A stretch of 63,960 bases of DNA, counting the filler, from Collodictyon triciliatum (lineage: Eukaryota), in assembly GCA_043381765.1 (NCBI GenBank). It is 8 parts of 8 records of this genome, joined end to end, with 100 filler letters (N's around TTAATTAATTAA, not from the genome) between each part and the next. Parts side by side here need not be neighbours in the genome. Positions count along the whole stretch, not along the records: positions 18,112 to 33,057 come from JBHJMP010003219.1; positions 33,158 to 42,099 come from JBHJMP010003220.1; 6 more parts are not named here. The stretch is one strand, 5' to 3'. A program made the position numbers and the translations under genes. This document shows positions 22,146 through 33,869 of this stretch, piece after piece. Under the pieces are notes generated by a model. The model did not search any database and was not told where the DNA came from. It saw only the letters and a program-made list of their open reading frames with translations. Each line of letters starts with the position of its first letter. Positions within the stretch are counted from its first letter, which is position 1.

Positions 22146-23586
22146 CTAATCCGTTTTCTTGTATTTGCGAAGAAGCTGCGGTCTGAAGTAGAATCGAAAT
22201 ACTATGACTCCAAATACAATGGTAACCAAGGACGAGACCAAGCACCATCCAAGAAGTGCTCCATGAGAAAACACAAAGCCTGTGGCCTCTGCGAAGCTGG
22301 ATTTCGTGAAAGGCTCGAATCCTTGTTTCCTGAACCATCTGAGATTCAAAGATAAGTTGTCTTATTAGATAAGTTCATTGCGATGGGATGAGAAAGTAAC
22401 TAAGGCGTGTGGGTATTACGAGCTCATATATCTCGACCTAGTGGTTCGAATAAACCAACATCACCCCATTTCGTGTTCAAAAGAAAAAAAAGAGGAGGAA
22501 ATCCATGCCTCACAGGACCGTGGATGGTGACCAGGCTGCCCGCTTTTGCATATTGAAAACGATCTCGTACTAAGTAAAATAAGATTGGCGTAATTATTGC
22601 TGTTTCAAAAGACCTTTAGGCGAGTAATGGGGTTTCTTGTGCGATTAAATATATTCAAGACTAATTTGAAAAAAAAAAAAAGAAGAACAACGAAGTACCT
22701 GGGTAGAAAGCAACTCCGAGGATGTGGCCTGCATCCGCATGAAACACAACGTTCATATGATTGTCCATGTGCAGATGGTCACCCTCGGCGATTCCCCATA
22801 TTGGTATGGTAAACGGGATGAAAAACCTGCGGTCGCGTGTCATTGGCACTCTACACATCCAAACATCTGCAATTAACCACACATAGCCTTGGTTAAAGGA
22901 AAACTAATTCGTACACTACTTCGACAGTCCGACATGGAATAAGAATGTCAGGGTATAGCAATATAATGGTAGTCGAAATGACCTTTTTGTTCGATAATGC
23001 GCGATATCCGATTAAATTCATTAGCATCTTCGATATACCAGCCACATGAAACAAACGAATCTTGTCCGTATACGAAGCCCATTTCTTTACCACTCTGTGA
23101 AATACGTGATATCCACATGATTCGGAGGTATTAGTGTATGAAAAGCCAATATTTTATTCTCTCTACATATTCGATGGACGCGAGATTATAGCGATACAGC
23201 ATATTAGGAAGTAAAACGACAGAGAATATGCTCGATTTCGTTCACTCCTACATCTTTGCAGAATGGTCCTTTCCCCCACTCTCCAGTAGAGTTGCGGCAT
23301 TCCACGTAGACCATCTCTCCATTTTGGAAGGTCTCGAATTGAGCCTGGCCTCCAGTTCCTTCTCCAGCAACGCGTGCAGTCTAAGAGAAAAGAAGCAGTT
23401 GGAGAAGATAGAAGACTTGTAAGCAGTTGCACTCTGCGGTAAGCTTCCTCTCATCTTCTAGAATAGTCTGAGAAAAAAAAAGAATCGGTACGAAAGAGAG
23501 GGCATTGCATATATTTTGAGACTCACTAGAGCCAGGAGGGATAGAAGGATGGCGACGCAGATCGAGCTAGATCTTGTTGAGGACAT
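22146..23586 (-). CDS. Uncharacterised type I membrane protein (multi-exon, approximate model)
   Basis: Signal-like MSSTRSSSICVAILLSLLALVS, exon FFIPFTIPIWG..DHLH..NVVFH..ILGVAFYP, C-terminal TM plus basic tail (LRKYKKTD*). Confidence 0.55.
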
Positions 23587-23707
23587 TCTTTCACACGCTT
23601 TTCTGATTATACGTACATACAATATAAGTGTGGGGTGGCACACGGTTGGGGGCGTGACTTGAAAGGCGCCTCGCTTAAATGTCATGAAAAGGAGAGAAAG
23701 GTGGAAA

Positions 23708-24305
23708 TAAGAAAAAGAAAAAGAAAAAGAAAAAAGAAAAAGAAAAAGAAAAAGAAAAAGAAAAAGAAAAAGAAAAAGAAAAAAGAAAAAGAAAAAGAAA
23801 AAGAANNNNNNNNNNNNNNNNNNNNNNNNNNNNNNNNNNNNNNNNNNNNNNNNNNNNNNNNNNNNNNNNNNNNNNNNNNNNNNNNNNNNNNNNNNNNNNN
23901 NNNNNNNNNNNNNNNNNNNNNNNNNNNNNNNNNNNNNNNNNNNNNNNNNNNNNNNNNNNNNNNNNNNNNNNNNNNNNNNNNNNNNNNNNNNNNNNNNNNN
24001 NNNNNNNNNNNNNNNNNNNNNNNNNNNNNNNNNNNNNNNNNNNNNNNNNNNNNNNNNNNNNNNNNNNNNNNNNNNNNNNNNNNNNNNNNNNNNNNNNNNN
24101 NNNNNNNNNNNNNNNNNAAAAGAAAAAAGAAAAAGAAAAAAGAAAAAGAAAAAAGAAAAAGAAAAAAGAAAAAGAAAAAAGAAAAAGAAAAAGAAAAAAG
24201 AAAAAGAAAAAAGAAAAAAGAAAAAGAAAAAGAAAAAAGAAAAAGAAAAAAGAAAAAGAAAAAGAAAAGGAAAAGAAAAAGGATAAGAAAAAGGAAAAGA
24301 AAAAG
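23708..24305. repeat. (GAAAAA)n-type purine repeat spanning a scaffold gap
   Basis: Direct reading; N gap at 23806-24117. Confidence 0.95.
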
Positions 24306-24708
24306 ATCCAAACGACACACAAGCGAAGACTTGGCAAGTTTAATTATTCTTTCTTCAAGGCAGCTTTGTGTCAAAAGTCTTGAAGTTTAGAGACACACAT
24401 CACACACGCACAACAAAAAGCGAAACGCCACACAGGAAAGCAAAGAGTGAGCAAGTGTAGAGGAGAGGTGTGGTAATTCCTCCAAGCAAAATAGAAAAAG
24501 AGATTTAAAAATAGCACTCAAATACAGGTTAGGAAGAGTCGGAAGAAGAAAATGCAAAGTATCGTTGCGGGTCAGTCAAACAGGAAGATGTTTGCACCGA
24601 ACGCTTCGTTGACTGTTTCGCAGGCAGAGAGCTGTATCAGAGCAACTTATCGGAAAAGTTAATCCAGAGTAAAGAGCACAAAAGACCCCATAAGCAAAAT
24701 AGGTGTTG

Positions 24709-26079
24709 TTAGTCGTCACAGCAAAGTACAACAAGGTGCGGGTCCTCGCTGTCAGAATGGGTGGTTTCTGCGTCACTCAGTTGCTCTGACGTAACCAGAA
24801 GCTGATGACTTTCGCTGGGTATCTGCGGTTCAGCTGTCTCTGCGGCGCTCAGTTCTGAGGTTTCTCCTGGGCTGGGCTCTGCCTTTGTTGATAAGGCACC
24901 ATTTTTACGAGATCTCTTTTTTCGAGGCTGATTGGATACCTTCTGTTTTACTTTCCTGGACTTAACTAAACTCATCGCTGCTGATGGGCCTCTGGATCCA
25001 GGCTGTGAAGATTCCACAGAGATATGATGGTTATCCTCTTTTTGCTGTGGTATATTGCTGTCTGATATTTCCAGGGGATGTGTAGTTGACTGGGTTAGAT
25101 GCTGGCTCGCAGTCTCGACACACAACGAACTCGGGTCTGTGCCGCCATACAGCTTCGAGCAGCTCTGTTGGACGCGCGTTAGTTTTTCTGCTGAGCGCGC
25201 AGTCCCAACCAGACCATGGACAAGAGGCTGATGTGACCATTTTGATAAATGGCGCTTCTTGTGTTGGGAGTGGGCACACACACGAAGGAAGCTTGTTTGG
25301 AGAAAAGCGACAAAGTGACCTTTGTAGTATATATTGAACCGAAGGGAGATGACGGGGTGTGGTTTTGATGTATTAACTCGGAGGCGGTTAAGAGACAGGA
25401 CAAATGGGCGCGTTTTACGGCGCTTTCCCAGGGGAGCTTTGCCTGGTTCTTGACTTGCATTCAAGTACTCAGAAACGTCGAATCCTGTTATTGCGCCATC
25501 AAGAATCCCTTCAAACTCTTCAAAAATATCTAGATGCAAGTCTGAGCTCGTGTTGAGGCCTGATGCTGAGTCAGATAAGGTTTGTTTTGCATCACCGCTG
25601 TGTCTTGCACCTTCTTGTCCGATGCATGCAGATTTCTCGATGCGAATACGAGGCTGTGTGACTCTTAGCAGCGGGGCCTTGTGCTCCAGACCAATGACAT
25701 CATCCACGGGCCAGCTCATTCCGGTATGATCAAAAAGATCTGCGTGGACTGCCCAGTCAGTTGGTAGAGATGAGTGAATGGATGGATCTGCATGGTGGAT
25801 TTCAATGTAATAGATAGGTGTGACAACGTGGCGCGATGCGATGACCGGAGGTGTTGGGCCGCCCTTTAGAATGATTCTAGCACCCTGCAGCTCCTGCGGA
25901 ATGAAGCGGTCTTGCGAGTGAACATGGTGATTCTGCTCCTGGGTTACTTCGTGGATTTGTGCTTGCTTGGTGTTGGCGGCAGGGCCAGAAGACATGTCAT
26001 CACAAGCGTAGATCTGTAAGTAATCTGGAATGCTGAACAAATCGCCTATGAAGAGGAAGAGCTCTTTGCTATCACACAT
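24709..26079 (-). CDS. Hypothetical protein, possibly nuclear (NLS-like PRKKRSRK)
   Basis: 456-aa uninterrupted ORF with a beta-rich middle segment and low-complexity tail; no family confidently recognised. Confidence 0.65.
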   Translation of the reverse strand: MCDSKELFLFIGDLFSIPDYLQIYACDDMSSGPAANTKQAQIHEVTQEQNHHVHSQDRFIPQELQGARIILKGGPTPPVIASRHVVTPIYYIEIHHADPSIHSSLPTDWAVHADLFDHTGMSWPVDDVIGLEHKAPLLRVTQPRIRIEKSACIGQEGARHSGDAKQTLSDSASGLNTSSDLHLDIFEEFEGILDGAITGFDVSEYLNASQEPGKAPLGKRRKTRPFVLSLNRLRVNTSKPHPVISLRFNIYYKGHFVAFLQTSFLRVCAHSQHKKRHLSKWSHQPLVHGLVGTARSAEKLTRVQQSCSKLYGGTDPSSLCVETASQHLTQSTTHPLEISDSNIPQQKEDNHHISVESSQPGSRGPSAAMSLVKSRKVKQKVSNQPRKKRSRKNGALSTKAEPSPGETSELSAAETAEPQIPSESHQLLVTSEQLSDAETTHSDSEDPHLVVLCCDD

Positions 26080-28900
26080 GCTATCCTCGGCAAGTCCCTT
26101 TCAATCTGCTTGCTTCGAAAATACCCTACATGGGCACGAACAAGAGAAAAAGAAAAAGAGTTTATCATTTACTCATATTAGAAAGCGGCAGTAGAAAAAA
26201 AAATACCGATGAGCATATGGTTGCAAAGGTGAGGAAAGCAGAAAAAACCGGAAGATTCTTCGTATGGGAGATGAATGAGTGTGGATATGATTTTGATAGG
26301 TATGATTGCCAAGAGTATATTTCTGTGCTTTTTCTCGACAGGGGTTTGTTTTTTGTTTTTTGCAGAATGGTGCGATTTGTTCTACCAAAGTTAAGTTTGT
26401 TGCACATATATATATGGATGGTTAGGATGAATCCTTTTGGAGACTTAGCTTTCTTAAAAAGACTCTGAAAAGTATTTACGTATTGCAATATTAAGAAGAA
26501 GAAAAAAAAAGGACGTAGACGTGTGGCAAGACAGATAAACACAAAGAGTTTGAATCGACTAATGTTGCCAGTTCACTCCAAGATGCTTTAAAAAAAAAAC
26601 GAAAAAGGCTGAGCACACAGCGACGTTGGGCGAAAGTGTTTTTGTATTCTTCGTATATAGGTTTTTTTTTGAGTTCATTTGTTTGTTTGCCGTCTGGACA
26701 GGGATGTAAAATAAGAGTGTAATAGATGCGCCCTAGGCGGAGTGGTTTAGTAGGCCGTTCCTGCGAGGGGTTGATTGATTGTTGGGAGCGTTATTTGCTG
26801 GTTGGGTTCTCTGGCTGGATGACTGTGTCATATACCCAACTTTCAAATCAAAAGGACAAAAGTGACAGAATAAAATAGAGATGCAAATGAAAAACACGAA
26901 GAAAAAAAGAATGCAAAAGAATTATGTACTGTGTGGCGCGATGGCAAAAATAATTAGCAAAGCCGTTTCTTGGACATTTCCGATGTCAAAATCATATGTG
27001 CCTTTCCTTTGTGTCATAAATTCGCTCATCTATTTTTCTTGATGTTTTGAATATGCTTTTGGAAACTTCCACAACTCAAAAGAGTGAAATCGAAAACAAA
27101 TATATAGTAAAAAAAAAAGTACGATTCAATACATACGATTTCAAAATTCTGATTTTGGGGTTTCTAGGGGGGAAATCAACTTGAATCGACAATCTTCTCT
27201 GCAGTGGCAAAGGCTTGTCACAAAAGATCGAGTCAATCGAATCAATCTCATCGCTGCGATCGACCAAACCGAACAAGAAGGCAAGTTGCGAGGGTGGATG
27301 GCTCTTGACTAGGGTAAAGCTAAGAGCAGTGGCTGAGGAAAGCTTGAAGCACCCGAGCATTGTGCAAGAAAGAAGCGGGTTGGGGGGTTAGGGTGGTTGG
27401 CGAGATTGATTGGATACACATAAGGAGCAATCCTGACCTCAACACCAATAAAAGCAGATAATATCTGAACATCAAATAACTCCCTCCAAAAAATTAGGAG
27501 TGAAAGAAGACAAAAAAATCTAAATAAAGAGTGTTCTGTCCACTATTTCCCTCGGTGGAGCTCAGCCAGCTTATGTACTTGCATTCCCACCACTCCCCCT
27601 CATTTTTTTAATGGCTGATTGATATATGGAGAGAGATGGCAGTGGAAGAGTTTATTAGGACCAAAGGTTTAAGAAGCAGGTAGATAAAAAAGGTTGTGAA
27701 TTGCATGAAGAGAAATATCAATGGGATGGGTGCATTCAACGGTTTGAGAGTGTCTGGCCTAGTTTTCTGCCCACTGAAGAACACCTTTGTTATAATGTCT
27801 GAAAGACTGTGCGTTTCCCTTTATTTTTTATTAATTTTATTTTTAGTGCAGACAAGGGCGATATTTCACTCGCATGTTTAATGTAAAATCTTGCACACTC
27901 CATGCATTCGTATTTCTGATTCGAAATCGGGCGCGCCAGGAGGCCTTAAATACCCTGCTTGGAGGCTGCGCTGGAAGGTCTGGCCGGCACCAGCGAGAAG
28001 CCGTTACACCCTCGCTCCACCCTTTGCTGCCTCCGGATTTGCAAGTCCTGTTCCAGACATGGGTAATTCCAGCCTATCTATTCAGAGAAGTTGTACTGAT
28101 TAAGTTATTGATTTGCATTGGGTAATGAGGGATGTTTCCAAAATAATCATCCGTTGGAATTTTTACCATAAGAATCTTCCATTCACTGAAGTTTCTCATT
28201 CTAATCACAAAGGCAGAAGCCTCCAAATATGAAACAAGACGAATCTGAAATGCAGACTTGGATGGGTACTGATGAGGAAAATATTTCGCGGCAACATCCA
28301 GACCCGATTCGCTGCGCTAAAAATAAGGCTCCGTCTTCAGACTGCTCTTCCACATTAGTCCGAGACGCGGTCTGGACTTCAAACCGAGTGCGCTCCGAAA
28401 AGGGTCATCCAAATGCGGAGCGATGACGATAGGGTGCGAGTGCATCTCTGCGTTAATCCCGCTCGGTTCGCTGCGGTTCGCATCTGGTTCATCCAGCGTT
28501 GTGTTTGTTGTTCGAAAAGGAGCAACCAGAGCCCAGTGAATGGATTTATCGGTGCCTGGAGATCAATAAAGATCAAATAAATCCACCGGAAAACTGCACA
28601 TTTATATACCTCTCGAGACTTATATAAGCTTGCCCACTTCTGGCATTCACCACACTTGACCGACCACGTTACGCACACATCCACACATCCACACATAGAC
28701 ACATAGACACACATCCACACATCCACACACATAGAGAAAAGATGCGATTGTGGTACAATTGCACCGGATTTCTGAATGAGAGCTGACACTCCATCTTTAT
28801 TCTCTGACGACAAAGCCTCGCTGCACCTTTTTTTCTTCTTCAGACCATTACAGAGATGCCAGAGATAATCGCAATTGGCATGACAGCACGGATAAAAATG

Positions 28901-31900
28901 TCAGGCATCGCCACCAAGCAACTCCCACCAGTCAACCTTGCAATCTGGGACTGGAAAGGTGGAGATACCGTTTGGTTGGGCCATTTGAAGGAGTACAGAA
29001 AAAGCCGAGTGCGACCCTGTTTGCGCACAAGCCTGCAGCCGTGCAAGCAAAGCAGCATGGGCGGAGTGTGCGCGAGCAGCAAGGATGGCGGCAGCCTTTG
29101 CCGGGTTTCTTTCTGTGCCACAGCCAGATGCAAGACATCGAGCCAGTGCCAGTGCCGCAAGTGGATGGCGCGTTTGAGTGTGGGCTGCTTCGAGGGCACG
29201 GAAAGCCGCAGCAGAGGCTACAAGACACGGGGTTGCGTCGTCAGTGGGCTGCATCAGATGCAAGAGGCGTGAGAGGGCATTGGGCGTGAGCGCTTTTGCG
29301 TAGAGTCGCATGGCCGCTGCAGAGTCTGGCTTGCATCCCCAGCCGCATTCTCTGCACAGCGCGGCAGCCTCGACAGTCTCTGCAGGCGACTGCGGCGCAT
29401 TGGCCAGTGATGCAAGGCTCTCGGACGCAAGCGCAAAACCTTGCCTGGCCAGCCGCACCAGCGCCCTCGTTGCCCCAGCATGGCCCAGTCTCACGCATGT
29501 ATGGTACAAATGAACAGCCGTGTCCGAACTCGGCACATCTACTGCCCACCCATTCTCCAGCGCCTGTCCCAGAGTGTGCAACGTTTCCGCTAGGTAGCAC
29601 AGCCCGGGCTCGCATTCTGCCGTGTCAAAAGTGCCCAGCTCCCATTCGTTCGCGATGTGCTCTTGAGCCACGCTCAGAAGATTGTGAGGCTGCAGAATCG
29701 TACCATGCATGTGGTGGTGGGATATGGCGTATTCAAGTAGTGCTTTTGCAGTGCGTTTGCAGTGCATGATTTTCAGGCGTCTGACAAGAGCAGGAATGTT
29801 GCGCTGTGCTATGTGTCTGTGGATTGTGCCTACAATATCTGATGTCTGGTTTGTTACATCACCACGATTGCTCGTTATTTGTGGTGTGAGCTTATAAGAT
29901 TGAAAAATTGCTCCTCTTTTCACGAAGGCATCAAGGTCGATGCTTGAGATGCGAGTGGTCTCATCCATTGTGAGTCCATTCACTTCCAAACAACGTGGGC
30001 CAAATGCATGCGTACTTTTGTATATATGGGGCGCTCTGTATTGAAATAAAACACTCGTGACCTCTATGTGTCTCACCAAAGTCCCAATCACCACTCGTGT
30101 TTCTTCGGAATCTTTCCACGATAGCAAACCCGCTGAATCACATTCCACATCCACACAGCTCAGATCAAAAGCAGGGTCATCAGAAGAGTTGCAAAGTTGG
30201 TTGATTTCACTCAGGCTAAAATCCCAGACTTGCATCCTATGTGATTCCTGCGTGTCTGCGAGTAGTAACCGAAAATATGGCGAACTGACTGCTAAGCTTT
30301 GTTTTGATTCAATAGCTGCCATCATGTTGCATTGAGGCAACGTATGATGAAAAGCGACGTAACTTGTGTCCGTGCGTAAATCATGATAAAAGACACTGGA
30401 GGAATCTACACCAGAATAAAAGAGTCGCGGGCTAGTTTTTTCACACAGCAGTATTTTTGAGCTGTGAGATGTTTCAGCTGATTTTTTATCGTCATGTTTA
30501 ACGAATTCTTTGATATCTGCAAACAGTAATGAACATACTATTGCGGTCATAGGCTGAATCTGGTACAAAGTGGTTTGTTGGACAACATCATGAATTAAAA
30601 TGCATCCTCTTTCTGCTGCAGATGCAGATGCTACCCACGGCTGATTGCCACTCCCTGATACAGGACATAATGTTTGGATACGATATGCATGTGCTTTTAT
30701 TCGACATATTTCATGTGATGTGAAAGAGTTTGTAACAACAAGGTCCCCTCTTTCTAGTCCTGATACCAGTAAAATACGACCCTTGGGACCATTACCAACT
30801 GAAACAGAGGTAATACAAGTAACAGGTCCATTATTAATGTAAATAGATCTTTTCACACGCGAATGGTTCATATCCCACACTAGGATGACACTATTATCAT
30901 TCTCGTCGCTATCACATGACGCAAGGGTTGCAAACTCATCGCCGAGTATGGTTGCAGATGTGACAGGCGAATGATGTCCATTGTCTATTTTCTCTACTGC
31001 CAAAGGCAGGTCGAAAGTCCAGCTCATAATATTTCCCGTCGATGTGTTTGCCAATATTGCGACTTGTGTTTTGGATTTCTTGACGGCTTGAACGTATCTA
31101 TCTATCGACCTACATGATTCCAAATAGGAATTAGAGTGCCAAAACTCTTTCCATGCCAAGAAACTTGGATAGAGAGAACGTAAATGAATCTGCGATTGTA
31201 TGTCCCATATCTGAACACAGCCCAACGAATCGTAAGCCATCAGCAGCTGTTCAGACTCCATGACAAAAATAGTAGGCTGGGGTCCAACTCTGATGCTGCA
31301 TACATTAGGGCGCGCTGTTGGTAGTCCAAACGTATGAATGTGGCCTGTCTTTAGGGCAACAACTAACGTCGGCTCACCACTTGTAGAGGTATAGGCAAAT
31401 ATATCATTCACAACATCAGAGTCTGCCCCAAATGCTTCTGAATGAATCCGAGCAACAATATCATCTATGGTAGTTGCCTCTGATGCAGCCTCTGAATAAT
31501 CGTTCGTCGGAGGTTCATTAAGGCTTTTAGGAGAGCCGATACGAAAATACGTCATGTCTACCCGAACGATGTAAATGCAACCTGACGCACAAAGCGTAAC
31601 CATGAACGGCCGACTGTCAAAGTCCAATCCTCTTGGAAAACCTGGGTGGGTGCAGATTTTGCGAACCCAGCGAGTGTGGTAATCCAGCCTGCGCAGAAGA
31701 CATCCTGTTCGTGGGCACCAAAGGCAGACCACCGAGTCGCAGCCACCAGTCACCACCATTTCAGAGTCGTATGCATCCCGGACGACACATAGAGCATTGA
31801 TTTTCGCAACATGCCCAGTGACTGAGCGCGTCCGCAGTTCTACCAGGTCCACGAGATGCAGTGTGCAATCCACGACAAAGGCAGCCAGCATCTGGGTAGA

Positions 31901-32602
31901 GAGAGTCTGGATGGCATTGACGGCATCACCTAATGCAGCGGGCGTGAGACGGGCCACGAGGCCACCCGAGTGCAAATCCCACTGCTGGACTGTGTTGTCG
32001 GCGTCAGCAACAAGAACATGGAGCCGCGATACATCTGCACAAGGCACAAGACACATGGGGCCGAACCCCCGAGCTACTATGGCTGGCATGGCTGTCACAC
32101 AACCCAGCAGATTGGCACCTGTCAAGTCAGCCCCGCGCAGGTCGCAGTCGCGGATGTCCGCCCAGCGCAGGTCGGCTCCACGCAAGGAACCGCCGGCCAG
32201 CTGTGCCCTGTGCAGGTCAGCGCCGCACAAGGAAACCCCGCGCAAGTCGCACCCACTCAAGGAAACACCTCCGCGAACGAGAATCGAGGCTGCCATCGGC
32301 GCACAGCGGCAGGAGGCGCACACACGGCGGAGCCACTCGGCGCGGGTCAGAGCTTCGTCCTTGAAGAGCGTGCGGCAGCGGCAATGGCGTGTGTGTTCAA
32401 GCAGAAGACGCAGCCCGCAAGACAGAGTCGGGCTGTTTGGAGAAGAGTCAAGGGGCTGCGCAGCAGAGACAAAGCGCCCGAGCGAGTCAGCCCCCGCAAG
32501 CAGGTGCGTCTGCAGAAGAAGGAGCCTTTCCGGGGGCCACGCGTCGTTTGCTATCGCGCTGTGTTGAGTGCCCTTCTCGAGCTTTTCTTGCGGGTGCGCC
32601 AT
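28901..32602 (-). CDS. Pentapeptide-repeat + WD40 + Sel1-like repeat protein
   Basis: Intronless 1233 aa; LRGADLRWADIRDCDLRGADLTGANL pentapeptides; GH/WD motifs; C-terminal Sel1-like units (LENGWAVDV..AVHLY, CGWGCKPD..AMRLY, SGCGTERNPAKA). Confidence 0.85.
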   Translation of the reverse strand: MAHPQEKLEKGTQHSAIANDAWPPERLLLLQTHLLAGADSLGRFVSAAQPLDSSPNSPTLSCGLRLLLEHTRHCRCRTLFKDEALTRAEWLRRVCASCRCAPMAASILVRGGVSLSGCDLRGVSLCGADLHRAQLAGGSLRGADLRWADIRDCDLRGADLTGANLLGCVTAMPAIVARGFGPMCLVPCADVSRLHVLVADADNTVQQWDLHSGGLVARLTPAALGDAVNAIQTLSTQMLAAFVVDCTLHLVDLVELRTRSVTGHVAKINALCVVRDAYDSEMVVTGGCDSVVCLWCPRTGCLLRRLDYHTRWVRKICTHPGFPRGLDFDSRPFMVTLCASGCIYIVRVDMTYFRIGSPKSLNEPPTNDYSEAASEATTIDDIVARIHSEAFGADSDVVNDIFAYTSTSGEPTLVVALKTGHIHTFGLPTARPNVCSIRVGPQPTIFVMESEQLLMAYDSLGCVQIWDIQSQIHLRSLYPSFLAWKEFWHSNSYLESCRSIDRYVQAVKKSKTQVAILANTSTGNIMSWTFDLPLAVEKIDNGHHSPVTSATILGDEFATLASCDSDENDNSVILVWDMNHSRVKRSIYINNGPVTCITSVSVGNGPKGRILLVSGLERGDLVVTNSFTSHEICRIKAHAYRIQTLCPVSGSGNQPWVASASAAERGCILIHDVVQQTTLYQIQPMTAIVCSLLFADIKEFVKHDDKKSAETSHSSKILLCEKTSPRLFYSGVDSSSVFYHDLRTDTSYVAFHHTLPQCNMMAAIESKQSLAVSSPYFRLLLADTQESHRMQVWDFSLSEINQLCNSSDDPAFDLSCVDVECDSAGLLSWKDSEETRVVIGTLVRHIEVTSVLFQYRAPHIYKSTHAFGPRCLEVNGLTMDETTRISSIDLDAFVKRGAIFQSYKLTPQITSNRGDVTNQTSDIVGTIHRHIAQRNIPALVRRLKIMHCKRTAKALLEYAISHHHMHGTILQPHNLLSVAQEHIANEWELGTFDTAECEPGLCYLAETLHTLGQALENGWAVDVPSSDTAVHLYHTCVRLGHAGATRALVRLARQGFALASESLASLANAPQSPAETVEAAALCRECGWGCKPDSAAAMRLYAKALTPNALSRLLHLMQPTDDATPCLVASAAAFRALEAAHTQTRHPLAALALARCLASGCGTERNPAKAAAILAARAHSAHAALLARLQACAQTGSHSAFSVLLQMAQPNGISTFPVPDCKVDWWELLGGDA

Positions 32603-32936
32603 TTCTTCCTGTTTGTCGTGTGGGTGTGCGTGTTTGTGTGTCTCTGGGCTTGGGCTGCTAATGTGGTTTATTTCTTTGCCTTCGGCTGCTCTGCTTTTGG
32701 CGGGTGCTTTGGCTTCAGGGCCGGGCGTGCAGGCGCGCGACGGATGGTGTCTTGGGGCCGTGGTGATGCGTGCGATGCATCAAACGCCGCGAGTTGTGAT
32801 GCACAGGCGCCGCAGAGGGAGGAAGACGCGGAAAGGGGCTGCCCGCAACACGGACAACTTTGCATGGCCTTTACATGAGAAAATCCAGCAGTAAGATTAA
32901 TTTGTGGTTGAGGCATTCAAAAAATAACAATTATTG

Positions 32937-33057
32937 TGTATGTTTGTATGTATGTATGTATGTATGTATGTATGTATGTATGTATGTATGTATGTATGTA
33001 TGTATGTATGTATGTATGTATGTATGTATGTATGTATGTATGTATGTATGTATGTAT
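32937..33057. repeat. (TATG)n microsatellite at contig end
   Basis: Direct reading. Confidence 0.95.
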
Positions 33058-33869
33058 NNNNNNNNNNNNNNNNNNNNNNNNNNNNNNNNNNNNNNNNNNN
33101 NTTAATTAATTAANNNNNNNNNNNNNNNNNNNNNNNNNNNNNNNNNNNNNNNNNNNNTTTACTGGTGCAAATTAGTGTATTTTTCAGTTCTTTATTTGAC
33201 ATAAATTTCAACCTAGAGTTGAACTATAGAATCTATTTATTTTAACTAAAATTATGGACCTGATAATATACTGAAAATGATGATTGAATAAGACAAAACA
33301 AAATTTATCAGCATTATTAAAAATTGAAATAAAATATGACTTTATTTTCTCTAATATCAACACAATTTTCTAATACATTTTATGATACTTATGTGCCAAA
33401 TTATAAAATCTATCGAAATTTACATTTTAAAAATGCTGTAAAAAGAGAAATATTCTTAAAAACTACACTTCACAATTATCATTTATAAAATATTTTGGTC
33501 AAATGATATTATACCATGCAACTAAGATATGTTAGTTTATAAAATTGTGCCTTGGCTTTTTTTTTCCATACTCTCATACACATTATGCTATCATGTTATA
33601 TGAATTTTTCTGTTAAACTTAGAAATAGTGATAAAACTTCGAATCAAAATTGCAATTTCTGTTCAAAATTATTTGATCAAAAATTCAAAATAACGGAAAT
33701 ACGATTACATATCAGTTACTATCAAATAGAAATCACAATATTCGAATTAATTAGAAAACAGAAGGCCGAAAATTACACGAAAGAAAATATTGGATGAATT
33801 AAGAAAGTTAAAAGATGCTGATTATTGAAAAATCTGATGAATTATAATACGTCAATAGGCTCTACACCA

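Noticed and set aside
23458-24390. Poly-Lys / poly-Phe ORFs
   Set aside because: Products of a simple purine repeat and an N gap.
31797-32878. Long plus-strand ORFs (256 and 302 aa)
   Set aside because: Antisense shadows of the GC-rich part of the 1233-aa gene; no motifs.
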